NCBI RefSeq assembly: GCF_009914755.1
Contig: NC_060927.1
Direction: 5' to 3' (one strand)
Origin: the human T2T-CHM13v2.0 reference genome, Homo sapiens
Length of the DNA stretch: 64,000 nucleotides
The translations under genes and the position numbers were made by a program. Below the pieces are notes generated by a model. It saw nothing but the letters and a program-made list of their open reading frames with translations. It did not search any database and was not told where the DNA came from. This document shows, piece after piece, positions 47,355 through 61,319 of the stretch; within the stretch, counting starts at the first letter, position 1; each line of letters opens with the position of its first letter.

Positions 47355-47567
47355 AGGCCAGGCTGTTCAGCTCACTACCCCTCTTCAGCCCAGCTGCTCT
47401 TTGGACACTCAGATGACCTTGACCTTCCTACCCTGGCATGGCAGGAGGAAACCCCATGAAATGAGCAAAATAAAAGGGGAGCTTGGTTGGTTTACGTCAA
47501 TCAAGGCTGACTACTTGGAAAAAAAAAGCACTTTGACAGTGGGACAAGAGAAAAGGAAAGAAGCTAG
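47355..47567. repeat. 213-bp direct repeat, copy 2
   Basis: See copy 1. Confidence 0.95.
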
Positions 47568-49072
47568 TGTTTAACACTAGTTTGTATTTGGCTTATGTTT
47601 AACACACAGCTTTCCTCCTCAGGATGTCCTTGGGACCAGCCTGTATTCAGACACACTCTGTTCTAGAGAGAAAGGAAAGGACCCATGATAAATCAGGACA
47701 CCACCACCCAAGCACTTCCTCACTTAAATGCATCAGAAGGTCGGATTTCACAGACAAGGAACTGTCCGAATGCCAGGTGGTGGAGATTCCCTCCCTGGCT
47801 TCTAGAAAATGAGGCCCCTTCACCCAGGGGCAAGTGAATGCCCATCTTTAGGTCCTGGGCCGGGGAGCATATCTACAGCGGGTGTCCTTAACCCTTTCCC
47901 CAGCAAGGGCTCAGAGCAGCAGGAAGGCTTGAGTGCTGGCATGGTCAGGCAGAGGACAGACAGATGGGGCTGCCAGTGAACTAGGGACAGCCAGCAGCAC
48001 CTCCTGGGGGTACAGATGCCAACAGAAGAAACCCCAGCTGCACACACACAAGAAAACTGCTGGCACTGAGAGATAAGCCAGATCTGATTGGTCTCTCAGT
48101 CCCTCCTCTTTCCACTGTACCCTCATAACTGATTTAAGAGGAAAGACTCGCCCAAACAGTAAGGCTGGGTGAGGGAAGAAAATGAGGGGTGGGTGTTGGG
48201 TAAAATCACAGTAATTCTCATCACACAGCCTCAACACACACCTTACGCTGAGGGTGGGGCTGGGCACCAGGACAGCTGGGGTCAGGGGGTCCTCTGAAGG
48301 GCAGAACCTCCCATGGTAAGTCCCATCTTAAGACAGTGGCCCCAAGAGTAGAGGGCAGAGCGCCCAAAACCAGAGACAGGGTGATGGGACCAGAACCACA
48401 GACAAAGATCTCTGCCCAACATGAATAGGGACCCAACCAGGAGAGTCACTTGAGAGCAGGGAGGAGAATGGAGTGGAGGAGGCTCTGAACACCATGCTAA
48501 AAGAAAAAGGAGTCTCCAGGGTGGGGAGAGATGGCAGCAATTCAGTAAGAAAAGCCAAAGGAAGCTGAGGTAAGCTTGCTCTGAGGAGGGGAGGGCACCA
48601 TGGCAGAGGTCGAGCAAGTGGCTGAGGCAGGGCAGGACTGGCATCCCTGGGTGCTGGCTCTGCCTTAAGTCATTGGGCCCCTGAGGGCTCTGGCCAAGGC
48701 AGAGTTTCTGCTCAGACCAAGCTCTGGGCCTTGTGAGCAGACTTACAGGTATGGGAAGACCGAAGACCACAGAATTATCTTCATTCTACCACTAATGGGA
48801 CTGGAGTTCCCTTCCAGGAATTCTAGTTGGGGACTGGAGGCCTCACCAAGGGCTGGCACCACTGTGAGAGCTAAGACAACTGTTCTAACTGCTGGTCCAC
48901 CTAGCCATGCTGATGGTCCCTCCTTTGCCTCTGCAGGGAAGGCCTAGCACACCCGGCTGGGAGAGTGAACACAGGTGCTCTGAGCAGCCACGGAGACTGG
49001 AACCAGCCACTCCACTCCTCAAGGCCGTTTCCTCTGCAGAGAACAAGGATGGGTGGGCTCAGTATCCCTATA

Positions 49073-49377
49073 CAGCAGTCCCCCTTTACCTATGGAGGAT
49101 ACATTTGGAGACCCCCCAGCAGATGCCCAAAGCCACAGATAGTACCAAACCTATATATACTATGTTTCTTCCTATACATTACATACCTACGATGTCATTT
49201 AATTTATAATTAGGCATAGTAAGAGATTAATAAAATAGAACAATTATAACAATATACCATAATAAAAGTTATGTGAATGTATTCTCTCTCTGAAAATACT
49301 GTAATATTTTCAGGTGGTGGCTGACTGCAGGTAACAGAAACTAAAGAAAGCAAAATCACAGATAAAGGGGGCTACTG
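49073..49377. mobile_element. MER44A-like (Tigger7) MITE
   Basis: TA-flanked TIRs cagcagtccccc-ttta / taaagggggctactg. Confidence 0.85.
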
Positions 49378-50084
49378 TAGCTTGTTCCCTATTTCAGTAA
49401 AATCCACATAAACAGACAAAAAGAGGTAGCACCTTCTCTCTTACTCTGGCACCAGACTCCATCCCTGCTCTAAGCTGAATTCTGCATTCCCATAGGCTAA
49501 CAAGCAACAAAGAGTCTTAATAAGGAGTAGCTAAACTACTCTGATATCCTTGGAAGAAAAGTAGCAGGTGATCACAGTTTTGTTCTCAATAGCTGGATCA
49601 GAAACAACAGTCATGTCATGATATGAACCACAGGTTTCCCCATTCTGGGAATGCTTCATCAGAGGCAGTGTGGGCAAGGGGATGGGTTTCCTTCCTTATC
49701 GCAGCCTTTCCCTTGTCCTGCTACTGCTGCCCAACAGGATGGACTGAAAAAGACAACTGGTAAGAGTCCAAGCTCTCCAGTTAGACACAGAGAAAGGTTA
49801 TGCTCACTGTCCTCAAATAAACTGATTAACAAGCAAGAGTGTACTAATTCTACAGCAAAGCAAAGGTTCCAGGGATACTGAAGCTCTGTTTCCATTAAAC
49901 CCAGTTATTAATATAATGTATTATTTATACATACTGTGGTATCCCTGCTTTGTTTCCACTTACAAGAACTGTTTCTATTTGGTTACAAACTCTTGTAGTA
50001 ATAGTAAAGCTTTCATAAAATCATTTGTAATTTCATTTTAACCCTGCATCGTATTTCTAAAGAGTGTATGCTCTTAGATTAGAG

Positions 50085-50306
50085 CAGCAGTTGGCAAAAA
50101 TTTTCTGTAAAGGGCCAGAAAGTAAACATTTTAGGCTTTGCAGGCCATATGGTCTTGGTTGCAACTACCTAACTCAGCCATTGTAGCAGGAAGGCAGCCA
50201 TAAGCCATATGTAAATGAATGATCATGGCTGTGTTCCAATAAAACTTTATTTACAAAATCAGCCTCAGGTTGGATTTGGCCCACAGGCCATAGTTTGCTG
50301 ATGTCC
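50085..50306. mobile_element. MER58A-like hAT-Charlie MITE
   Basis: ttttctgtaaagggccaga...gttccaataaaactttatttaca...ggccatagtttgc. Confidence 0.85.
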
Positions 50307-51095
50307 TACATTAAAAAATAAAACTGGCATATTCCAAGGAGATTCTGCTTCTGTGCCTGCATAAACATCACATTAAGTGGCTGCATTATATTCATACCAT
50401 AGTCACAGCATAGATATACAAACTGAATGGATACTTCGTAATTTACTTAACCATTTTCCAAATATTAGACAGGTGATTTCTTTCTTTTGTTGCTTAGTTT
50501 TCTTTAAAAAAAGAATAAACCATTTTATGTTGTTTAAATTTTTTCTGAATTTAAGAGTTTGCCCTGAGAACAGATTCTTAGAAGTAGAATGCAAGATTAA
50601 AATGGATTCATGAATTGAAAGCTACTGATCCATGCAGCTAAACTGCACACACTCCTACTAGAAGGACAGGGTATAGAGTGTCAATTTTACTACACCTTTC
50701 CCAGCATTTAATTTTTTTAATAATATTGCTAATCTGGCAAGAAAAAAATAGTATCTTATTGACTCACTGTGCAGTTCTTTGATTACTATCAACTCTCGGT
50801 ATTTACCTTTGCAATTAAGCAACAGATCAGATGAGTTGACAAACTTTTGTAAGACAAGCAGTGAAGTCTGTCCTCACACCCCACCCCATGACTACAGAAT
50901 GACGTAACTGAAAGCTGAAAGGTTCTGCTCCTAAGTGACACACAGTAGAAAATTAAAATATCTAAAGAAGCCAGTAGAACATGATTCCTGGCCTGTTTCC
51001 AGTCGCTAAGTTTCAAAGTCTTCTTTCTTCTCTGTCCCTTGAGTCAGGTGCCCAGCATGACTAAGCTGGAGAGGAAGACACAGCCCGGTTCTCAC

Positions 51096-51278
51096 CTGGA
51101 CTCCATGGGTCCCTGCTTCTCAAGAGGTCTGATCTTCTTGGGATACACTGGCAGTGTGGTTGTGTCGATGACTTTGGTTTCTCCATTGTTGTAGGTGAAC
51201 TCTAAAGTACCATTCCATTCCCCATGGGCTTTACAAACAATGGTGTTGGTTGGGTTGTGCTTCACTTCTGCGGTAACC
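51096..51278 (-). CDS. OSBPL10: OSBPL10 coding exon (183 bp), [27 protein letters not shown]...[12 protein letters not shown]
   Basis: aattcag acceptor and gtgag donor on minus; phase 2-2; ORD G-x-W motif; missed by the ORF track. Confidence 0.96.
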
Positions 51279-51589
51279 CTGAATTAATGAGTCAAATGAG
51301 TACACACTTTTCAAAATGATAAAAACAGAGACTTCAAAGGTACACCCATCTCTAGAGATTTTTTTTTTTAATCAGAAATGGGAAGGAGGGATTGTTTTTG
51401 CAGCTTTGCTCAAAGACTAGCTCTTAAAAGATGATCTAATATCCTTGAACAGCAAAAGAAAGCATCACTGGAAATAATAGTGAAATCTGAATAAAGTCTA
51501 TAGATTAGTTCATAGTAATACAGCAATGTTAATTTCTCAATTGTGATAAACAGATATCACTGGGATGAAAATCAGGCAATTCAAGAAAA

Positions 51590-51760
51590 AATAAGTGGGA
51601 AGGGGACGAGAATTAAAACACTACAAATATGGGGCAGTACCTATAGCTCGGGTGATGGGTGCACCAAAATCTCACAAATCACGACTAAAGAACTTACTCA
51701 TGTAAGCAAATACCACCTGTACCCCAATAACTTATGCAAAAAATTAATTAAAAAAAAAGG
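51590..51760 (+). mobile_element. L1PB-like 3' end fragment
   Basis: gggtgatgggtgcaccaaaatctcacaaatcac...ccacctgtacccc and A tail. Confidence 0.75.
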
Positions 51761-52400
51761 AAAACAAAATAGCATATACTCTGTCTTCTCCAAAATAGTA
51801 TCTAATAATGCTACATTTTAACCCTAAAAAGTGTGTAAGAGTGTAGGGTGAGCTTTTCAATCCTTAAATCAGGTCTATTTTGTATGGGGTCAAACATGGT
51901 TGCCCACAATCCCAACAGAGCTTATGTTGGAAAAGGAGGGAAACATCCACTCCAGCATCCACACATCCCCTGAATGAAGGCTGAGCAAAACCTAGAGTCT
52001 CAGTCTCAATCAATAGCTTCCTACTCACAGTAGTGGCTCTGAGGAATGACTTCAACCTCTCATTTAAAGGGCCTTTGTGGAGATTTGCGACCTCTCTTTC
52101 ACCTGCCTCACCTGTGGGAATTCCAAGTGAAAGCAGACTCCCAGCTCCCTCTCCACCACTGAGCTTTCTGCACAGTTGAAGGAACACCACAGGAACGGGG
52201 ATGCCTGCCCCAAAGCAGCCATGTGTAGGATCTAAACTCCCCTTTTCCTTAAGGCCCAGCTCAGGCTGAATTTAGAGTTTTCAAACAGACTGGGAGGCTT
52301 TCTCCTTGAGCCTAAAAACAGTCACAGTTCTTAGGTAGCAATGCAGAGGCTCACAGGCAGGTATGAGGCATCTTCTGGATTGCACACAGTGGAAAGATAT

Positions 52401-52585
52401 TAGTGGCATTCTGGTAAATATTTAACAACTGGATCTCTAAAAGGGAAGACACCTGATCTGTACCATTTGCCAATTTCTGTGGTGCCCATCATGGCTGATT
52501 TCAACTACCAACATGATAGCACTGAACGTGAAGTACACACAAATCAGTTCTTACGAGCTGGTGTGTGCTGGCTCCAGGTGTCCCC
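52401..52585. mobile_element. MER63-like hAT element
   Basis: ctggtaaatatttaacaac...ccatttgccaatttc...gctggctcca. Confidence 0.55.
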
Positions 52586-53250
52586 AAGGGTGTCCACGTG
52601 CCCCTGTGACACTCTGATACACTCACACTAATGCCATGCAGAATAATGCTTTCCAAGAAAAAGGGCAAAGATGGAAGTTTGTTTGTACAGTATATCTTGC
52701 TTACACAGTAGAGCTGTGCTAAAAGAGGAATATTTTTTATAGCTGCAGCAATAAAAACAATTTTGTGCTTCCTCAAAGAGCAGACCTCTCCTTCAATTAC
52801 TTAGGCTTGGGCTTCCCCAGTTTTTCAAAAGAAGGAAATGATCTTGACCTCATGGATGCATGACACAGAATTGAGGATAGTGTAGCCAGCTAATGTGAAA
52901 TGGGGAACTGTCTGGCTATGTCTGGGTTCATAGATTCAATCACTTTAGAGCAAAGCAACAAACTGTGGCTTCAGAAGGGAGAGTTTATTCCAACAAACAG
53001 AAGTGCTTTTATTTTCTGGCGTGTGCTCTGCAAATGCATCACCGAAGATTTAACCTTAAGTTTAGGGTGGGGAGGACTCCAAAAAACTGCCATGTAAGGT
53101 AGGGAAAAGGCATCTCTTTTGGAAAAGACCTTAACAAGTTTATCTTGATTTTCAACTCATCCCATTACTGAAACTCAGTCTTCTAATGGTGAAAGGAAAC
53201 TCAGGGCATCTTGTTAAGACAAAGCCAGAGTCTCTCCGGCCAGCTCCTAC

Positions 53251-53437
53251 CTGTGGACTTTCCCTCCATAGAAAGGCTTCGTGTGGAATATCACTGTCGC
53301 TGAGTACCCAGTCTTGGCACAGTTGATGCTGACTTTTCCTCCGAGCTCCACCCACGGGATGGTGAGAATGGACCGGGCGTAGGCACTAGGCAGGGTGAAT
53401 ACGTACTCCTCCCCGTGTTCCAGGAGCCTCAACACAC
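53251..53437 (-). CDS. OSBPL10: OSBPL10 coding exon (187 bp), [62 protein letters not shown]
   Basis: ctctccctggag acceptor and gtagg donor on minus; RSIL..PWVELGG and KPFYGG are typical of the ORP9/10/11 ORD. Confidence 0.96.
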
Positions 53438-53559
53438 CTCCAGGGAGAGAGGAGGGAGAGTTAGGCATGCAAACATGTGAAGAGGGCACTGGGGATCAGA
53501 AGAAATGAAGATGGGAAACCAAAGAGCCTCCTGCACAGATGTCACATCTCCCACCTCTG

Positions 53560-54050
53560 CAGAGGTGAGCTGCTCGTTCACTGTGGGCTCTACTGTGTGC
53601 AAGGCACTGAGAATACAGCAGTGAACAAGACAGACCCACTTTCTGCCCTCAGAAAGCAGAAGAGAAAGGTGGTCATTAGTCACCAAATGAACACAAAATT
53701 GTAACAGTGATAAAGGTAGGAGGGCAAGGTGGCCAGCACAATGGAGGCCTCCAACAGGAGAGACTGACCTGGTAAGGGAAGGTTTCCTTAAGAAAATGAA
53801 CAGGGGAAGGAAGAGTGTTCTGGGCAGGGGGAAGAGCATGTGCAAAGGCCCTGGGGTAGGAAGGAGCCTGGTAAGTGTGAAGAGGCTGGGAAGAGGGCCC
53901 ACATGCAGAAGAGAGATGATATATATAGGTGTGGAGGATGACCAAGTCAGCAGGGGTCAGACCTTGTCTTTTAAACTTCTAGGAAGAGTTCTGCCTTTAT
54001 CCTGAGAGCTACAGAGACAAGCTCAATGGTTCTCATGAAAATAGAGAAAT
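53560..54050. mobile_element. L2 LINE fragment
   Basis: ctactgtgtgcaaggcactgagaatacagcagtgaacaagacag; agcatgtgcaaaggccctgggg. Confidence 0.65.
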
Positions 54051-54807
54051 CAGGCTGTACAGCTGCTGTCAGCAACCTTAGGAAAGACATCTGCCAAGAG
54101 TGGGACTCTGTAACACTTACTGCCCACGCACTTCCAGAGAAAGGGTTCTCCAACCTACAACCCAAAGTGGGAAAGGCCTTATTCCTCTCAAAGCAATGCA
54201 GAATTTTGTTCATTTTTCTAGGGAACAGGGCCACAGTTTTCATCAAGTCCTCAAGACTACCCCCAAAATACAGAAGCTCCCAGGACTGCCGTAGAGTTGT
54301 ATACAGAGGCCCTATACAGACTGGCAGAGGCCCTGAGACCCAGCACTACAGCTCTCTTAAGATCACATCTTCACAAGGCACCTCTCAGTCTCCCATCCAA
54401 TACTTTGGCACTTGGCTCCCTAGAGATGCATATTCTTGGCTCCACTCCAGCTCACCCCAGGCCTCACTCTAGGGTTGCTCTGAGCTCGTCAAGAATGCTC
54501 TGAGCCTTAGGAGGGTAGAGGACCAGAGGTGGTTAGCGACCGGCACCTTCCTGGGCTTCCAGTCCTCCAGTGGAAAGAGTGAAGAGTGGGGTCAATGGCT
54601 CCCACATGAGAGCACTTTCCAGCTGCCAGACATTCCTGGGAGCTCCACATGAACTATCTTCTTCAGCTCACAACAGCCCTATTTGGCAATGATTATCGTT
54701 TTAATAAGAATGAGGAAACAAACTTTTAAGAGAGGTTAAGTAATTCAGCTGTTTAATACTTCCCTCTTAGGCTACATAAGCATCTAAATCACTTAGAGCT
54801 AGAATTT

Positions 54808-54922
54808 GCGGGGGCGGGGGGGGGGGCAGGAGGGAGGGAGAGGGAGAGGGAGAGAGAGAGAACACACCAGGAGGATAGGGAGAGAGAGAAGGAAGGGGGG
54901 TGGGAGTGCGGAGGGAGGGGAA
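54808..54922. repeat. G/purine-rich low-complexity tract
   Basis: G runs plus (GGGA)/(GA)n. Confidence 0.9.
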
Positions 54923-56251
54923 GTTTCTTTTAGTATAGATGAGCTTGCCAGGGGAGTCTGAGGAGAGATAGGGTTAATTTGTACAAAGGAGTCATGGTTG
55001 CTCTTAGTTTCTAAAGTCAATACTAAGATGTGTTCAACTATAGTTCAATTTACCGTGGAGAATTCCTCTAATTGCCCATGCACTATGGTATTTAGGACAC
55101 ACTAGGCTTGTCCGAACCAGCAACATCACTCTCAGTTCTCAGTTAAGTCCATTAAAGTCAGTTTTCCCAACCCATGAAATACTTGGCTGGTTCTGAAAAC
55201 CCAAGCTGACATGCTAGTATGTGATTAGGGGCCTCAATCCCTCCCAGTGTGGAGGGATCCTCAGACACATGGACAGATGAAGGCACTGAGACACCCAGGA
55301 GAAGCAGATCATGTGGGCTGGACTGGAGGGCAGGTATCACAGCTGCATTTACATCCTATCTTTCTCTGGCTGGGAACATAATTGAGTACATTTAATGCAA
55401 ATCCACAAACAGCATAAGTCCACTACACCAAATAGACTGCGTATCAGAAGAGATGGGCCTTCTCCCCTCTTCTCCACTCCAACTTGCTGGAGCTCTCTTG
55501 ACTAAACTCATCTTGCCAAAAGTAAAGCCCCAGGCCACCTCTTGCTCTCATTCTGTCATTCATTCTTCCTTCTGCATTTTAGAAAGAAGAGCATCCCAGA
55601 TGACCCTGGAGGCCCTGTCCTATCCAAGCAGTAAAGGGAGGAATGTTGTGTTCTGAGGAGAATTAGACATTGGTGTTTCAATCCTGATAGTTTCTGATCA
55701 GGACCCTTGGAGAAGAATGGCCAAGTCTGACAGTGTTTTTTGTTCAAAGCCTACCTTTATATCTTACTTCTTTGAATTGGGTTGAGAAGACAGCCTAAAG
55801 CAGGTAGAAAATTGCAGCCAATGTCAAACACAGATCAATACTTGGTTCTTCTTGATCAACAGCCAGGGAAAGTGGAAGAGAGAGAGGTCACCTCAAATAT
55901 CCCTCTCTACTCAAGTTTTATCTCCCAAGACCCCGGTTCCTTGGGTGCCAGCTGTATCCCCACAGACTTGGAGACTGTGGCAGCTGAGAGAGGCCCCTGG
56001 ACCCTGTAGAGAAGGCTAGCATTTACCATGCCTTCAAGGCCCCAGAGGAGATAGTCCACTGCCACCCTCCCCACAGCACTAATGGGCTACAGATAGCCCC
56101 CAACTTACTGTGGTTCAACTTACAATGTTTTGACCTTACAATGGTGCCAAAGCAGTAAGTGTTCAATAGAAACCGTGCTTTGAATTTTGGTCTTTTCTGA
56201 ATCTAGTGATATATGGGATGACACTCTCGTGTAATGCCAGGCAGCGAGGCT

Positions 56252-56505
56252 CTTTTTCTTTTTTGGAGACAGGGTCCCACTCAGTCACTCAGGCTGAAGT
56301 GCAGTGGCGCGATCATGGCTCACTGCAGCCTTGACCTCCTGGACTCAAGCAATCCTCCTGAGTAGCTGGGACTACAAGCATGCACCACCATACCCAACTA
56401 ATTGAAAAAAAAATTATTTATAGAGACAAGGTCTCCCTGTGTTGCCCAAGCTGGTCTTAAAACTCTTGGGCTCAAGTGATCCTCCTGCCTCTGCCTCCCA
56501 AAGTG
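56252..56505 (-). mobile_element. AluJ, antisense
   Basis: Reverse Alu consensus. Confidence 0.88.
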
Positions 56506-56715
56506 ACTAAACAAACTCCTGTATAGGTTGGATATTTGACCCCCTCCAAAACTCATGTTGAAATTTGATCTCCAATGTTGGAGGTGGGGCCTAGTGAGAG
56601 GTGTTTATGTCATGGGGAGGGATCTCTCATTAATGACTTATGGCCATCCTAACAGTAATGAGTGAGTGCTCGCATTAGTAGTTCTTGCAAGAGCTCCCCT
56701 GAGAGCTAGTTGTCA

Positions 56716-57082
<367 letters not shown>

Positions 57083-58117
57083 GGAAAAGAGTCCGACACC
57101 TCCCCCACCTTGCTTCTGCTCTTGCCATGTGACCCCCACACAGGGGTTCCCCTTCCTCTTCCACCACGAGTGGATGTAGCCTGAGGCCCTCGTCAGAAGC
57201 AGATGCTAGTGCCATGCTTTTTGTACAGCCTGCTGAACTGTGAGTCAAATAAACCTCTTTCCTCTCAGGTATTCCTTTATAGCAACACAAATGGACTAGG
57301 ACACAACCCATCCTCTCGAGTGTACTGTGCTACCGGATGACTCTGCCCAACGGCAGGCTCATGTAAGGGTTCTGAGCATGTTTCAGATAGGCTGGGCTAA
57401 GCGAGGATGTTGCTAGGCTAGGTATATTAAATGTAGTTTCGTCTTAGGATATTTTCACCTTCAGATGGTCTTATTGGGACATAACCCCATCATAAGCCAA
57501 GGAGCATCTCTACTTGGTAGTAAAATCCTTCCAGGCGAGCAATATGTCTCCCTGGCACCATAACCTTGCCCCTGATGTCTACTGCATTCCTATTTTGTGG
57601 TTCACCCTTCATGTCCTTAATCGGGATACCTTGGGAATTGGGAACTCCCACCTCTTGCATGTCTAGCAGGAAACCTCTACAGACTGGAAACACACAACAG
57701 CCACAAACTTGGCTGGCTGGTATTCCTAGTCTCATTCATAAATATAAACTTTGTAGTAAGGTAGGATTATACAGCTGAGATTTTCTTCACCATGTTTTTT
57801 CATGGAGAATATGCCACGACTTTTTTTAAGACCTGGATGAAATCTTAGAGGATCATTCCAAGTCCTCCGTCACTCACCAGCCTGGCAATCTTAACTTCTC
57901 TGTGCCTCAGTTTCCTCATCTGTGATGCAGAGATAATGGTATCTGTATCTCCCATGGCTGTCGTAAAGATGGAGAAGGCGATTCTAAACTCAGCTAACAG
58001 CACTGCAGCATGGCACACTGCCAAAATCCTGAAGGTTTTATGTCTTAATTACTCCTCATTCTTTAAAGCAGCCCTCTCGATGGGTATCACCAACTGGCAA
58101 TAAAGAGGAAACTGCAG

Positions 58118-58446
<329 letters not shown>

Positions 58447-60253
58447 CTATACCTGTGAGGGATGGAAGAGACACAGGGCAGACTTTCTCTAATGTAATAC
58501 TGCATAAGAGATAGCATCCTCCTCCCATTTTTCTTCAGAAAAATCTCTTCCAAATCAAGGTAAAATTTCCCCCAAGTCCTGGGGGAGGTCAGTGAGCCTC
58601 AGAGCTAAACTGATTTGAAGGCACTGGCAAGACCACATGCCTTTGGCTTGTTTCTGAAAATCCATAAATGTGTGTTCATTCATCAAATCACCTGCAATTA
58701 TGCCTTCTTAGTACATACTCTTTTTTTTCAGGGTTGCATTTAAAAAAAAATCTCCTTAATATGAATAAAAGACATATTAAAATTAGACTTACAAATGGGA
58801 TCACAAATATAAGTTACTTCTTCATTTGGCCTAACAGCTAAGAGAAGCCAAAAAAAAAAAAAACATCAAATAATCAATCCTTCCATGCATCTTCCTCAGG
58901 CTGGGAGATCTTCATTTGAAATTCCACAAATTGATTCGCCAATAAAGGCAAAGCATTAAGATTTTCAAACTGATAAACTTAAAATAATTTTGTGTCCAAT
59001 CTCAATCTGAGGAACCAAAATATTCAGCTGGGACATTCATCCTGGAAAGTAGAGTCACAGAAGGAACTCTGGGAAGTGTGTTTGCAGACCCGGCAGCATT
59101 GGCACTCACAAGCCCAGTGGCAATCATGTTGCTTCCTCTCATTAGAACTAACTGTTTTTCCCCACAGACTCAATTAAGAGCCTGCACCATTTACCAGGCA
59201 TTGATTCAGGCATTTTGAGGGAAGTGGGCTGCAAAGAGCAGCTGAACGCCCCTCAGCTCCACAGCGGTGCGAGGTTGGGAGGGGTGAGCAGCCCACACTT
59301 TCCCGTGGACAGAGGTCTTAGGTTGACTGAACAGTGTCGGCTCTCACTGTTAGAGCAATAGAAACGAGAGGGTGGGAGAAAGGGGTGCAGTCTCTGGGGT
59401 CAACGTGAGTGAATTCAGGGCATAATGAAGCACTTCATAATAGCATTTCATTACAGTCAAATATGCCACAGCCTAAAGGCCATGATTTAGGAGATGAGCC
59501 CACGTATTTACGTTCACAATTCCAAGTGGACCCATGTAAGACCTCATTTTTATAATGAGGAGATGGAAAAAGCATTATTTACACCCAATCAACAAATTCA
59601 TAGAATATGCAGGAAATATGCGAGGGAAGGGAAATTATCCAACCTCCTGCCTTCCCCCAATCAAAGGAGCTCTGAGTGTGGGAGCCAGAACCTTCTGCTT
59701 CGAAGTTTGGAGATTCTTAGAAATAGTTTGTGTGAAAAATCAGATCCTGCATTACAGCGGACACATTTTAATTAATACAAAAGATAAGGGGACGCAGCTA
59801 CTGAAGGGACTTAGGCAAACTCAAGGCCTCACAAGAACGAGCCAAGGGTCCCCTGGCCATGCCCAGGCCCACCCACAGCAGGAAAACATCAGGTGAGTGG
59901 CCAGGAAGGGCCATGTCCAGGAGAGGCCTTTCACAGTCTCTCTCCAGAATCTTCTTTCTGAACTCAGCATGCTATTGAGAAATTCTGAGTGGCATTTTCA
60001 AGCAGTTAGAAAAAGTGAGAGCAACAAATTCTAATTCTGCTTCATCTGCAGGCTGCATCTGAGGGCCTCAGGAGAGGGTGTTCCACGGCTTCTCACCCAC
60101 GACACTGTGGTCCTGGGCTGGGTAAAGTGAATCAAGGGCTCCAGCCTCTGCCTGCTGCCTATGAGAAACAGAGGAGCTATGATCCTGAGACCTCACAGGC
60201 CTACCCTGTGGAGACACGGACACTCAACAACGGCCAACATAAGACAGAGCAAA

Positions 60254-60560
<307 letters not shown>

Positions 60561-61232
60561 AAGACAGAGCAAAGATGTTGGTTAGTTCAGGGGACAGAGG
60601 GCTAAAAGGACCTCATCACTCTCTCAAGTTCAGCTGCAGAGGCAATGACAGGAGGCCATGTGCTGTGCTGGGCTGAGGGGTGCCCCGTTGACGGTGTGGC
60701 TTAAGTGAAACGGCTAGAGACACCAGAGGGAGACAGGAAGGACAAGGGTGCAGGGAAGCAGAGGGAAGAAGATGATGATGAACATGCTGTGTAGAGGGAA
60801 GAAGGGAAAGATGAACACATTGTGTGGGGAAGAGAGAATAACCAGCTTTAAAACACAATCACACACGTGACACCACTGCACAGCCACCTCCTTGTCGGAG
60901 CCCACCGCTGGTGGTCGGGGACAGGGGAAAAGTGACTGCTATTTGGTAGAGAAGGAAGGATCCTGAAGGGAGAGATTGCGTTTCTGTGAAGAATTCCCTA
61001 AATCACCAAAAATGGATTGCAAATCTACCTTTTCGAACATTTCCACATATTTGTCTAATGGCAAGAATTAGGGGCTCACAGACTGGGAGGTATTGACCCT
61101 CTACTCCAATTTAAGAATCTGGCTTTCTCAGGCCTTGACAAGCGGCAACAAGCACTTCTGCTGAGTGCAGGGAAATCCCCAGACAAAAGGCATTCTATTC
61201 ACCAAGCACTTACTCTGACTAATCACAGATTC

Positions 61233-61236
<4 letters not shown>

Positions 61237-61284
<48 letters not shown>
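61237..61284. repeat. (TG)24 microsatellite
   Basis: Directly visible, uninterrupted. Confidence 0.98.
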
Positions 61285-61287
<3 letters not shown>

Positions 61288-61319
61288 GAGGGAAGAAGAG
61301 AAATAAGAAACAACTTGCC

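Noticed and set aside
48282-48770. 162-aa minus-strand ORF, also 53429-53902 and 54026-54472
   Set aside because: Low-complexity Leu/Pro/Ser-rich intronic or L2-derived frames with no domain and no frame-compatible splice sites.
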